Assembly: GCA_964344415.1 (NCBI GenBank)
Contig: CAYFMS010000002.1
Span: 128,196 to 192,195 of the forward strand
DNA length: 64,000 bases
From: an uncultured Gammaproteobacteria bacterium
GTDB lineage: Bacteria > Patescibacteriota > Patescibacteriia > UBA9934
Reading direction: 5' to 3'
Positions 36,949-46,273 of this stretch are shown piece after piece. The notes beneath the pieces were generated by a model. It worked only from the letters and a program-made list of their open reading frames with translations. It searched no databases and was not told the DNA's origin. Each line of letters begins with the position of its first letter. Position 1 is the stretch's first letter. The position numbers were made by a program, and so were the translations under genes.

Positions 36949-37212
36949 ATGGCTTTACAAGAATATTACGGTGAAACATGTCCGCATTGCAATGCAATGA
37001 AACCAATTGTCGCGAAGGCGGAAGAGAAATTCGGAGTAGAATTTGAAAAATACGAAGTATGGGAAAATGAGGAGAATGCAAAGATGATGGAGGAAGTTGA
37101 TGACGGAAAATGCGGTGGAGTTCCATTTTTCTACAGTACAACCACAAAAGAATTCATTTGCGGGAGCACCGATGAAGAGACATTCTTGAAATGGGTGGAA
37201 GAGAATAAATAA
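36949..37212 (+). CDS. glutaredoxin/thioredoxin-like small protein (CPHC)
   Basis: CPHC motif near the N-terminus within a thioredoxin fold. 87 aa. Confidence 0.55.
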   Translation: MALQEYYGETCPHCNAMKPIVAKAEEKFGVEFEKYEVWENEENAKMMEEVDDGKCGGVPFFYSTTTKEFICGSTDEETFLKWVEENK

Positions 37213-38067
37213 TTAATACGTCATTCTATCAACCCAATGCGGATCGACTTGAACTTCCAGGTCTAAGAACCATTTCTTCTGAGATATAGCTTCAAGTTCG
37301 CGGCGGGCAGATTGGCCAATTTCCTTGATACCGCGCGCACCTTTTCCAATAATCATCCCTTGATACCGTTTATTGGTAACGAGAACATTGGCATGGACGT
37401 ACATCATGCCATTTTTTCGTTCATGTAATTCATCCACTTCAACATGCACAGCATAGGGCACCTCTTCGCGGAGTCGAAGAAAGAGCTTTTCGCGAATAAT
37501 CTCAGCTATTTGCTGTTCGCTGCTTAGACTCGAGAATTGATCATCTGGATACATAAATTCACCCTCAGGTAGCTGCTCGAATATCCACTGCTTTAACAGG
37601 TCTAAATTCGATCCTTTTTTTGCTGAAATTTCAACCATGCCATCGAATTGGGGGAGGAGGTCGCGGTAAAAGTCTATATATTTCTTAGCTCCTGGATCAT
37701 CAATTTTATTAATAACAAGCAGTTTTGGCTGGCTTGCATTCTCAATCATTTTCATTGTTTGCTTTTCTTCATTGCCGATATCTCGCGTAGCATCAACAAT
37801 ATAAAGAATGACATCGATTCCTTCGAGAGAATCCCTTGTCCATTTCAAGAGCTTCTTTGTTAACGGATCTTTTGCTTTTTGCATGATCCCAGGAGTGTCG
37901 ACAAAGACAATTTGGCCTTCTTCGGTTGTAACAACGCCTTGCAGTGGCATACGCGTTGTTTGAGGCTTTGGTGTTGTGATGGCAATTTTGGTGCCAATAA
38001 GATTATTCAAAAGAGTTGACTTTCCAACATTTGATCGTCCAATAAGGACGGCGAATCCGCTTTTCAT
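37213..38067 (-). CDS. era: GTPase Era
   Basis: G1 GRSNVGKST, G3 DTPG, G4 NKID, and a C-terminal KH domain. Confidence 0.85.
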   Translation of the reverse strand: MKSGFAVLIGRSNVGKSTLLNNLIGTKIAITTPKPQTTRMPLQGVVTTEEGQIVFVDTPGIMQKAKDPLTKKLLKWTRDSLEGIDVILYIVDATRDIGNEEKQTMKMIENASQPKLLVINKIDDPGAKKYIDFYRDLLPQFDGMVEISAKKGSNLDLLKQWIFEQLPEGEFMYPDDQFSSLSSEQQIAEIIREKLFLRLREEVPYAVHVEVDELHERKNGMMYVHANVLVTNKRYQGMIIGKGARGIKEIGQSARRELEAISQKKWFLDLEVQVDPHWVDRMTY

Positions 38068-38114
38068 ATGCCTCGAGTTTAGCAGAGATTAGAGAGCTGC
38101 GCTATAATACAACC

Positions 38115-38588
38115 ATGAAATACCATATTGGAGCGATAGCAATTGTCGGGCTTGCGACACTTAATATTGTGGCTATTTTGCGTCTGGCGATTATCGATAC
38201 TGGTCCTGCATTAGAAGATATTGAACAGCAAGCACTCGAAATCCGATCCCAAAACCTTATTCCTGAACTAGATGCCGCCCTTGTTATGCAAATCGAAGGT
38301 GCGGTCGAAGCCCAGACGGAAACAGATTTTCGTTTCATAGGTAATGCAATTATTCAGAATGCGCAGGGAATCCCAATTAATGACGCAATTTTAACCTATC
38401 AATTCATCACGTCGAATGATGTACAAATTTTGCAATCTCGTACGAATGCAAATGGAGAAGCGATTATTGATGTTTTTTTCTCTGATCGCGGAACATATCG
38501 TGTAGAGATCTTAGACATTACGGGCGAGGGTATTCAGCTTGATCGAGAGTTAAGTGAACAGCTGAATTTAACACAGTCGCATTCTTGA
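38115..38588 (+). CDS. hypothetical secreted protein
   Basis: Signal anchor. No family recognised. Confidence 0.4.
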   Translation: MKYHIGAIAIVGLATLNIVAILRLAIIDTGPALEDIEQQALEIRSQNLIPELDAALVMQIEGAVEAQTETDFRFIGNAIIQNAQGIPINDAILTYQFITSNDVQILQSRTNANGEAIIDVFFSDRGTYRVEILDITGEGIQLDRELSEQLNLTQSHS

Positions 38589-38636
38589 GCTATACACATT
38601 GATAAAAAAATATAATCCAAGGTATTCTGGATAGAT

Positions 38637-39611
38637 ATGAAAAAATATCTACCATACATTGGAATTGCTATTGTACTTATTGCTGCCATACTTCTTATCA
38701 TGCAAGCGAATACACCAAATATACCTGAAACGGATCCAGATATTTACAAACAAGTTGATAATGGAGATGTGCTCGAGGATCTTGCTGATCATTTGGTAAG
38801 CGGCGGACCTCCTCCAGACGGCATCCCTCCGATTGAGGAGCCGGAGTTTATTGCGGTATCCGATGTCGATTTTTTGGAAGATGAAGACAGAGTGTTTATC
38901 GCCGAAAGAAATGGAATCGTAAAAATATATCCGCAATCCGTTCTTGTTTGGCATGAAATTGTGAATGATGAATTTGCGGGTGAACATGCGTCAATTACAT
39001 ATTGCCCTTTAACGGGTACGGTGATTGGAATGGAAAATGAACTCGAAGATGGCTCGCAAACGGATTTTGGTACATCGGGCAGTCTCGTGAATAGTAATCT
39101 CGTCATGTATGACAGGGATTCGGGAAGCTATTGGCCGCAAATCGCAAGAAAAGCGGTGACGGGTGAGAGAACGGGGGAAGAGCTTGGCATGTTCCCAGTA
39201 ATCTGGAGTTCATGGGAAAAAGCGTCGGTCGAATTTCCTGATGCATTTGTCCTAACCGAGGAAACGGGTTTTTTGCGAAATTATAATAATGACCCCTATG
39301 GGTCCTACACATCCGGCAAAGGGTATTATGTCGAGGGTCCGCCCCTGTTCGCAACGATGCATACCGACAATCGGCTGACTCCAAAAACAGTTGTTTTGGG
39401 TGTTTATGATGAGGATGGTGAAATTGCCTTTGTAAAGGAATCAGTAAAAATTCAGGGGTCCATGACGCAGCGCGGGTATACAGCTCATTACATTGAATCG
39501 CTTGATGCAGTTGAGGTTGTGATCGAAGGAACGGATGAGCATGCGGATTTCGTTGAAGGATTTTGGTTTGCTTGGTCTTCATTCTTCCCAAATACAGATC
39601 TCTTTGAATAA
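38637..39611 (+). CDS. DUF3179 domain protein
   Basis: Motif YCPLTGT...SGSLVNSNLVMYDRDSGSYWPQ. Confidence 0.6.
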   Translation: MKKYLPYIGIAIVLIAAILLIMQANTPNIPETDPDIYKQVDNGDVLEDLADHLVSGGPPPDGIPPIEEPEFIAVSDVDFLEDEDRVFIAERNGIVKIYPQSVLVWHEIVNDEFAGEHASITYCPLTGTVIGMENELEDGSQTDFGTSGSLVNSNLVMYDRDSGSYWPQIARKAVTGERTGEELGMFPVIWSSWEKASVEFPDAFVLTEETGFLRNYNNDPYGSYTSGKGYYVEGPPLFATMHTDNRLTPKTVVLGVYDEDGEIAFVKESVKIQGSMTQRGYTAHYIESLDAVEVVIEGTDEHADFVEGFWFAWSSFFPNTDLFE

Positions 39612-39613
39612 AT

Positions 39614-40189
39614 ATGATAAAGCGACTTCAAAAAGATAAAAAAGCTCTCAGTATTGCACTTACAATCGCGTCTGTATATTTTCTGTTTTATCTCTGGAGT
39701 ATTCAAAATATCGTCTTTGATTCATTTGGTCATATCATGCAATTTGAATTCGCGAGTGATTGGATATCGTTGATCTTCCGCCAGCGTGTGGCATTATTAT
39801 GGGAACCAATTGGTGTATGGCATATCTTTGACGGACTCAGTATATTTATCGCCCCGCTTAATATTGTGCTAGCGCTCATACTGTCAGTTCTCGTTTATAT
39901 GAATATTCTGGTTGCGGTGTATACATATCGCATGGGAAGCGTATGCAATATTCGACCGAAATTTCATGGCATTATTGGGTTCTTGCCTGCATTTTTAACG
40001 GGATTTGCCTGCTGTGCGCCAACATTCATCATCGCATTTGCTGCTGCATTTTCAAGCATTACCACATTATTCATCGCCATACGACCCTGGCTTATACCAG
40101 CATCGATTCTCATCATGATTTTCGGATATTGGTATAGCGCAAATAGAATAAAGCCCGGACAAATGGAAACATATGAACGCAGCCTATGA
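39614..40189 (+). CDS. hypothetical polytopic membrane protein
   Basis: 191 aa with five TM helices. Lies immediately after the DUF3179 gene. Confidence 0.45.
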   Translation: MIKRLQKDKKALSIALTIASVYFLFYLWSIQNIVFDSFGHIMQFEFASDWISLIFRQRVALLWEPIGVWHIFDGLSIFIAPLNIVLALILSVLVYMNILVAVYTYRMGSVCNIRPKFHGIIGFLPAFLTGFACCAPTFIIAFAAAFSSITTLFIAIRPWLIPASILIMIFGYWYSANRIKPGQMETYERSL

Positions 40190-40638
40190 TCATCATCGCT
40201 CATAATATTCGCAGCATGTACAATGTCGGTTCAATTTTTCGGAATTGCGCTGCATTTGGAATTGAAAAATTATATCTTACTGGAATAACGGCGACACCGC
40301 CACGTAAAGAAATTGCAAAAGTGGCCCTGGGAAGTGAGCGACTTGTTGATTGGGAAGAGGGGGATATTGGAGATATTATTCTCAAGCTCCGTAGTGAAGA
40401 TTATGCTATTTACGGCCTCGAAACGACGGAAAATGCGAAAAATCTACATGAAGTCTCTGACGAAAAATTAGCAATAGTACTCGGTAATGAAGTAGATGGA
40501 ATTGATGCGGAAACACTTGAGAAGCTCGATGGATCTGTTATCATCCCCATGAATAAGAAACAATCACTCAATGTCTCTGTCGCTTCAGGGATAGCTATGT
40601 ATGCCTACACTTGCGATTATCATTCCAACAAAAAATGA
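40186..40638 (+). CDS. SpoU/TrmH-family RNA 2'-O-methyltransferase (TrmL-like)
   Basis: Motifs HNIRSMYNVGSIFRN, GNEVDG, and IPMNKKQSLNVS. Confidence 0.65.
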   Translation: MIIIAHNIRSMYNVGSIFRNCAAFGIEKLYLTGITATPPRKEIAKVALGSERLVDWEEGDIGDIILKLRSEDYAIYGLETTENAKNLHEVSDEKLAIVLGNEVDGIDAETLEKLDGSVIIPMNKKQSLNVSVASGIAMYAYTCDYHSNKK

Positions 40639-41329
40639 AGACGAGAATCTTGGCAATCTTTTGCGAGACATTAAAAATCAAAGTTTGCAGCCAAATGAGG
40701 TCATTATTGCGGATGCCCAATCGACGGACAGAACATGTGAAATAGCAGAAGACTTTGACGCGAAGGTGGTTGACGGTGGTTTGCCGGGCCCTGGCAGAAA
40801 TAGAGGTGCGGAAGCAGCGAAAAGCGATATTTTCATGTTTATTGATGCCGATGCACGACTTTTTGATACCGATTTTCTCAAAGACGCAATGCATGAATTC
40901 GAAGAAAGAGAGCTTGGTATTGCTGGTTGTGATCTTGTGCCTGTAACGCATCGGCTATTCGATAGATTTGGTCATCGAGTTTACAATTGGCTTGTCAGGC
41001 GTTGGGAAAAGAAGCGTCCGCATGCCGCCGGAAGCTTTATCATGGTGCGATCAAGTATTCATGATCGTTTGAACGGTTTTGACGAAGATATTCTGCTTGC
41101 AGAGGATAGAGATTACACATTCAGAGCGAATAAAATCTCGAAATTTGGTATGCTGAATGAAGTAGAAATTGGTGTATCGGTTCGACGTTTTGACAAAGAT
41201 GGTCGTTTGAAAACAATCATAAAATATCTAGCGGCTGAACTTCACTACAGACTCTTAGGTCCGATTAAGCATAACTATTTCAATTATGGTTTTGGGTACG
41301 AAAAAAAGCGAAGCTCCACAAACGAATAA
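40601..41329 (+). CDS. family 2 glycosyltransferase
   Basis: Motifs IIIPTKNE and IDADA (DxD). Confidence 0.7.
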   Translation: MPTLAIIIPTKNEDENLGNLLRDIKNQSLQPNEVIIADAQSTDRTCEIAEDFDAKVVDGGLPGPGRNRGAEAAKSDIFMFIDADARLFDTDFLKDAMHEFEERELGIAGCDLVPVTHRLFDRFGHRVYNWLVRRWEKKRPHAAGSFIMVRSSIHDRLNGFDEDILLAEDRDYTFRANKISKFGMLNEVEIGVSVRRFDKDGRLKTIIKYLAAELHYRLLGPIKHNYFNYGFGYEKKRSSTNE

Positions 41330-41993
41330 ATTATTTGATCAGCGTGCTGTTGATCATGCAGCGGTTATCGACAAAATCGTTCAAGAAAGTTCGCCACGAA
41401 AAACATTTCTCCTTCTCATTATTGTTTCAAGTGTTATGGCCGCTATCGGTCTTTTGAATGATTCTGCTGCCATTGTAATTGGAGCGATGCTTGTTGCGCC
41501 GCTTTTGTGGCCAATTCTTGGAATTTCAATGGGCTTACTTCTTAGGGATTTTAAAATGATTTGGCTTTCTACACTCAGTATTATTTTTTCAATTATTTTA
41601 GCGCTCGGTACGGCAATACTGATCACATTCCAATACATCCCGCTTGGGGCATCGAATGAAATCATGAATCAAACAACAGTGAATTTTATGATTCCTGTTG
41701 CTATCGCTTCTGGAATCGCTGCCGCTTTTGCCGTGAGTTATGAACATATTAAAGAGGCCGTAACGGGCGTCGCAATATCCGTAGCGCTTATTCCGCCGCT
41801 TGTCACAATAGGAATTGGTCTTGGCGGAACAGATTGGTCTCTCGTAACACGCGCGAGCAATGTCTTTGTTATCAATCTATTTGGTATAATCATTACATCA
41901 CTCATTATTTTTGCGCTTTTAGGATTTGGATCTCAACGTCGCGCGGCTGAAAATGCCGTAAAGAAGGAAGAAAAGGTTTTAAAAACGCAATAA
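41286..41993 (+). CDS. DUF389 family membrane protein
   Basis: Motif IGAMLVAPLLWPI and a repeat architecture of about six TM helices. Confidence 0.5.
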   Translation: MVLGTKKSEAPQTNKLFDQRAVDHAAVIDKIVQESSPRKTFLLLIIVSSVMAAIGLLNDSAAIVIGAMLVAPLLWPILGISMGLLLRDFKMIWLSTLSIIFSIILALGTAILITFQYIPLGASNEIMNQTTVNFMIPVAIASGIAAAFAVSYEHIKEAVTGVAISVALIPPLVTIGIGLGGTDWSLVTRASNVFVINLFGIIITSLIIFALLGFGSQRRAAENAVKKEEKVLKTQ

Positions 41994-42013
41994 TGTCCTG
42001 ATAAAAGGGAGGT

Positions 42014-42925
42014 ATGGCTCATGACATCGTTGGCGGCAAGGAATTTGTTTGGTGGCATTTCTCAGAATTTGAGGAAGGTGATTTTGAGACTCTTGAAAAG
42101 AATTTTAAATTTCATCCACTCGATTTTGATGACTTGAGAGATGATACCGAGCTGACAAAGCTCGATCATTACAAACATTATCTGTTTTCCATCATTAATA
42201 TTCCCGTTTTTGACACAAGGACAATGTCAATCACGAAAAGGAATTTGGGAATTTTCATCGGTAAGGATTATGTCGTGACCGTGACGAGGCAGCCCATTCA
42301 GGCTGTTGATCGTTTTTTTAGTCGTGTACAGCGAAGTAGTGGATTGAAGCGCGAATCATTTTCAAAGACGACAGGATATCTTCTGTATAAATTGCTTGAT
42401 TATGTTTTGCGGGATGTGAAAGTCATTTTGCGCGAATTAGTGCGCGAAGCAGAGCAGGTTGAGAAACGTGTTTATGATCGCCATACTCGCGTTACAACGA
42501 AACGACTTGGCATTTTGCGCCGCAATGTTCTTTTTATGCGGCATATGATTGAGCCAAAAAAGATTTTACTTGAACAATTCATCAATGCTCGCAAGACATA
42601 TATTCCAAAAACGCTTGAAATTTACTTCGATGACATACGGGATACATTGAATAGTATTTCTGTCGTACTCGAAAATCAGAAAAATATTGTTGATGGACTC
42701 TTTGACGTTAATGAAGCATTTTTGTCCCATCGAACAAATGAAATCATCCGCTTTCTCACAATTATTTCTGTTGTATTGATGCCACCAACACTTATCACGA
42801 GTTTTTATGGAATGAATGTAGATGGACTGCCATTTGCAAATAATATTCTCACCGTTTCGGGCGTCCTTCTGGCTTCACTGATCATCTTCATTTTTATTAT
42901 TCTAAGAATAGATCGTAGAAATTAA
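42014..42925 (+). CDS. corA: CorA-family magnesium transporter
   Basis: YGMN motif before the two C-terminal TM helices. Confidence 0.75.
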   Translation: MAHDIVGGKEFVWWHFSEFEEGDFETLEKNFKFHPLDFDDLRDDTELTKLDHYKHYLFSIINIPVFDTRTMSITKRNLGIFIGKDYVVTVTRQPIQAVDRFFSRVQRSSGLKRESFSKTTGYLLYKLLDYVLRDVKVILRELVREAEQVEKRVYDRHTRVTTKRLGILRRNVLFMRHMIEPKKILLEQFINARKTYIPKTLEIYFDDIRDTLNSISVVLENQKNIVDGLFDVNEAFLSHRTNEIIRFLTIISVVLMPPTLITSFYGMNVDGLPFANNILTVSGVLLASLIIFIFIILRIDRRN

Positions 42926-42926
42926 T

Positions 42927-43496
42927 ATGCGACCCATTCCGGTATATATCATCCCATCGCATGTCTATCTGTCGGCTGAAGATCAGGTAAAGCTTTTTGG
43001 TTCTGGACATGCAATGACTATTCTTGAAGATCATATTCATGCGGGGCAATATGTCTATCAGGAGAAGGTTAATGTTTCCGGAAGACTAAAGCGCGATTTG
43101 GATTTGCATGTGCTTGGCCCAAATTGGAAGAGAAGTCATGTTGAGCTGACGCCGACGGAAGCAGTTTATCTGGGCTATAAGCTCGACGAGGTAAAAACAG
43201 GGTCACTTCTAGATGCAGCGCCAATTACCATCACGGGGCCGAATGGATCGGTCGACCTCGATCACGGTGTGATTATTCCAAAGCCTCATATGACATGTAA
43301 TATTGAGGATGCGAGGCGATTGAATCTTGCGAATGGGGATAGAGTCGCTGTTGAGATACTTGGTGATCACCTAAGGAAAGTCGAGGAGGCGGTTGTGCGT
43401 GTACATCCGACATTCTCATTGAGTGTTGAATTGCATCAAGATTATGCAAGGGGGCTTTGGGTAAATCACCGAGTTCATGCTCATATTATTTCATGA
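42927..43496 (+). CDS. PduL-like phosphate acyltransferase family protein
   Basis: Two half-domains, with PHMTCNIEDARRLNLANGDRVAVE and VRVHPTFSLSVELHQD matching PduL-type motifs. This is a from-memory match. Confidence 0.4.
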   Translation: MRPIPVYIIPSHVYLSAEDQVKLFGSGHAMTILEDHIHAGQYVYQEKVNVSGRLKRDLDLHVLGPNWKRSHVELTPTEAVYLGYKLDEVKTGSLLDAAPITITGPNGSVDLDHGVIIPKPHMTCNIEDARRLNLANGDRVAVEILGDHLRKVEEAVVRVHPTFSLSVELHQDYARGLWVNHRVHAHIIS

Positions 43497-44569
43497 TTAT
43501 GTTTAAGAAAATCATCATTCTGGCAGCATTATTATTCATGCCTATTACAGCCTTGTCTGCCGAAGGGGCTGATTTGGCGCTTCTTACGGGCAATATTCGT
43601 TTCTCAACAGATACATTCGTTGTCGGGGAAGAGGTACGCATTTATGCGACCGTTCGTAATGCGGGTACGGAAGATGTTGCCGGATTTGTTCGATTTAATC
43701 TCGGAAATAAAGTTATAGGCGATTCCCAGCCCATTTCATTGGTATCTAAGGGCGCGCAGGAAGAGGTTTGGGTAGATTTCACAGTTCCGGACAACCCATT
43801 TAATATTCAAATACAAATTAAGGGCACAGATCCGCAAGATATAAATGCAGCAAATGATTCGTATTTATCACCACTTTATAATCCTATTGTAGACGATGAT
43901 GGTGACGGTGTTTCAAATGACAGCGACAATTGCCCTCAAGCATCAAATGCTGATCAGGTGGATAGCGATGGTGATGGAATTGGCGATGCTTGCGATGAAC
44001 CAGATATTGTCGAGCAGAACGAGGAGGATGAGCCAGAAGAATTGCCTGCAACCGAAGAAGTGGCCCAAGAAGAAGCGCAAACTGAGCCGGTCATCGAAAC
44101 AAGTCAGCCAGCATCTCAATCGCCTGTGCAGAACTTGCCAGATATTTCAGTAGACATTACTTCAGAGTCAGGAATTGAAGAATTGCAAAAGAGTATTGTA
44201 CCGAATTCGAATCTTAGCCTCTCTCCACGTGCTGGATTTGTATTCGCACCGGTAAATTGGAAGACCTATGATTTTAAGGCACTTTACGGAGATCGAAGTG
44301 AGCATCAATATCATTGGGAATTCGGTGATGGCGCTATTTCAGCTCAAAGTTCTGTACAGCATGCATTCCCCGGGCCAGGGAAATATGAAGTCAGATTAAC
44401 CGTTACTGCACCGGATGGGACGGAGCAAATTGATTCGCAGATGATAGAGATTTCCTTCTTTCATATGCAGAATCCGGTTGTGATTGCATTAACGGTTGTG
44501 CTATTACTTCTCATCATCACCATGTTTATTCTGGCGGTGAAGAGAAAGAATGCAGAGCGGAGCTCATGA
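43493..44569 (+). CDS. secreted/cell-surface protein with thrombospondin type 3 Ca-binding repeats and a PKD domain
   Basis: Signal peptide, DDDGDGVSNDSDNCP...DSDGDGIGDACD, YHWEFGDG, and a C-terminal TM helix. The ATG overlaps the upstream stop codon as ATGA. Confidence 0.55.
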   Translation: MIMFKKIIILAALLFMPITALSAEGADLALLTGNIRFSTDTFVVGEEVRIYATVRNAGTEDVAGFVRFNLGNKVIGDSQPISLVSKGAQEEVWVDFTVPDNPFNIQIQIKGTDPQDINAANDSYLSPLYNPIVDDDGDGVSNDSDNCPQASNADQVDSDGDGIGDACDEPDIVEQNEEDEPEELPATEEVAQEEAQTEPVIETSQPASQSPVQNLPDISVDITSESGIEELQKSIVPNSNLSLSPRAGFVFAPVNWKTYDFKALYGDRSEHQYHWEFGDGAISAQSSVQHAFPGPGKYEVRLTVTAPDGTEQIDSQMIEISFFHMQNPVVIALTVVLLLLIITMFILAVKRKNAERSS

Positions 44570-46179
44570 TTAAGAAAATCTTACAAAATAGTTCGAAGAC
44601 GATTACGAGCGCGGCAATCATTGTCGCGGTCTTTTCTGTATTGTCGCGCATTGTTGGATTTATTCGTGACCGTATTCTTGCAGGTCAATTTGGTGCGGGC
44701 GAAGAACTCGATGTCTATTTTGCAGCTTTTCGTATCCCAGATTTCTTTTTTCAGATGATTGTTGTAGGGGCATTGTCAGCAAGTTTTATCCCCTTATTCA
44801 CGAAATACTATCGAGTAAAAGGACATGAGCGGGCTTGGAGGATGACAAATACGGTTCTCAATCTGGTGCTTACCACATTTGTTATTTTGTCAGGACTTGG
44901 CATTATTTTTGCGGATTATCTGGCACCATTTATCGCTATTGGTTATAGCGCAGAATTGCAGGCTCAGGTTGCTGATTTGTCGAGAATTATGTTCGGGGCT
45001 CAGATTCTGCTCGCTATTTCGATGGTATTCGGATCTGTCTTACAGAGCGTTCGACGATTCCTGATCTATTCAATGGCTCCTGTCTTTTATAATTTTGGAA
45101 TCATTGCGGGTGCATTATTCTTAGCGCCCGAATATGGAGTGATGGGACTTGGTTTTGGTGTTCTCATCGGTGCTGCGCTTCATCTTCTTGTGCAATCTAT
45201 TGGTGTCTTTGCTCTTGGGTATCGATACCGGCCCATACTTCGCCTTCGCAGTCCGGAAGTGAAATACATCATAAAGCATATGCCACCGCGTGTACTTGGG
45301 CTTGCGGTCAATCAATTAAATTTTGTTTTGATGACGATATTCGCAACACTTCTTGGGACAGGTGCGGTGACTATTTTGCAATTCGCGTATAATCTCAATT
45401 TTTTCCCAATTGGAGTCATTGGCGTTTCCTATGCTATCGCGGCTTTCCCGACATTATGTGATTATGCTCAGCACAAGAAGCAAGAAGAATATAGGCGAGC
45501 TTTTTCACTCACCGTTAGGCAAATCATTTTCTTTATTATGCCAGCAACGGTGCTTTTTATTTTAATGCGCGCGCAAATTGTACGAGCCGTCGTGGGGGCG
45601 GGGGAATTTGATTGGCCGGCGACCATTGCAACGGCAGATTTACTTGGATTATTTGCAATTAGTTTCTTTGCACAGGCGATTTCGTATTTACTTATCCGTG
45701 CTTTCTTTGCAAAAAATGACACCATGACTCCATTTTGGATTGCACTTCTGTCGCTCATTATCAATATTGGTTTGGCATGGCCACTCACGCAGCATTTTGG
45801 GCCAATAGGATTTGGGATGGCCTTTTCGGCATCTGCTATTGTTCAAATGCTTGCACTTTGGACGATTTTACGAGGTCGCGTTGGCGGACTCGATGAAGGA
45901 AAAATATTTAAATCCACAGCAATTTTACTTGTTGCCGCAGCGCTTGCAGCGATCACAATTCAGCTGCTCGAGCAAGTCGTTGTTGTCTTTTTCACGCTCG
46001 ACACTTTCCTCGGCATTGTCGGTCAGATTGTGATTGCCGGTGGAATGGGAATGCTGATGTATGGACTTTCTGCGTATTTGATGAGGTCAGAAGAGATGAT
46101 TGATTTCCTCGCTGGATTCAAGAAACGTTTCCTGAAACGGGCAAAGCCGGAAGAACCAATTGCCGCCGCCTCGCAATAG
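44566..46179 (+). CDS. murJ: lipid II flippase MurJ
   Basis: N-terminal LSRIVGFIRDRILAGQFGAG and DVYFAAFRIP. The membrane topology is MOP-type. Confidence 0.8.
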   Translation: MIKKILQNSSKTITSAAIIVAVFSVLSRIVGFIRDRILAGQFGAGEELDVYFAAFRIPDFFFQMIVVGALSASFIPLFTKYYRVKGHERAWRMTNTVLNLVLTTFVILSGLGIIFADYLAPFIAIGYSAELQAQVADLSRIMFGAQILLAISMVFGSVLQSVRRFLIYSMAPVFYNFGIIAGALFLAPEYGVMGLGFGVLIGAALHLLVQSIGVFALGYRYRPILRLRSPEVKYIIKHMPPRVLGLAVNQLNFVLMTIFATLLGTGAVTILQFAYNLNFFPIGVIGVSYAIAAFPTLCDYAQHKKQEEYRRAFSLTVRQIIFFIMPATVLFILMRAQIVRAVVGAGEFDWPATIATADLLGLFAISFFAQAISYLLIRAFFAKNDTMTPFWIALLSLIINIGLAWPLTQHFGPIGFGMAFSASAIVQMLALWTILRGRVGGLDEGKIFKSTAILLVAAALAAITIQLLEQVVVVFFTLDTFLGIVGQIVIAGGMGMLMYGLSAYLMRSEEMIDFLAGFKKRFLKRAKPEEPIAAASQ

Positions 46180-46180
46180 T

Positions 46181-46262
46181 TATCCCCACCAAGGTTAAAC
46201 CTTGATGTGGATAAGTGCCGTTCAAGGTTTAACCTTGCTGTGGATAAGTAAAGTCTGTTAAT
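46181..46262 (+). promoter_or_regulatory. cluster of three DnaA-box-like sites with two tandem palindrome-plus-box units
   Basis: ttatcccca, then caaggttaaaccttg-aTGTGGATAAGt, then caaggtttaaccttg-cTGTGGATAAGt. These are revcomp TTATCCACA. Lies directly upstream of alaS. Confidence 0.5.
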
Positions 46263-46273
46263 ATCAAGTCATT

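Noticed and set aside
40601-40638. 38-nt overlap between the SpoU methyltransferase gene and the GT2 gene, and the murF overlap with the hydrolase gene at 28046-28071
   Set aside because: These are probably start-codon ambiguity rather than programmed overlap. I did not treat them as frameshifts or fusions.
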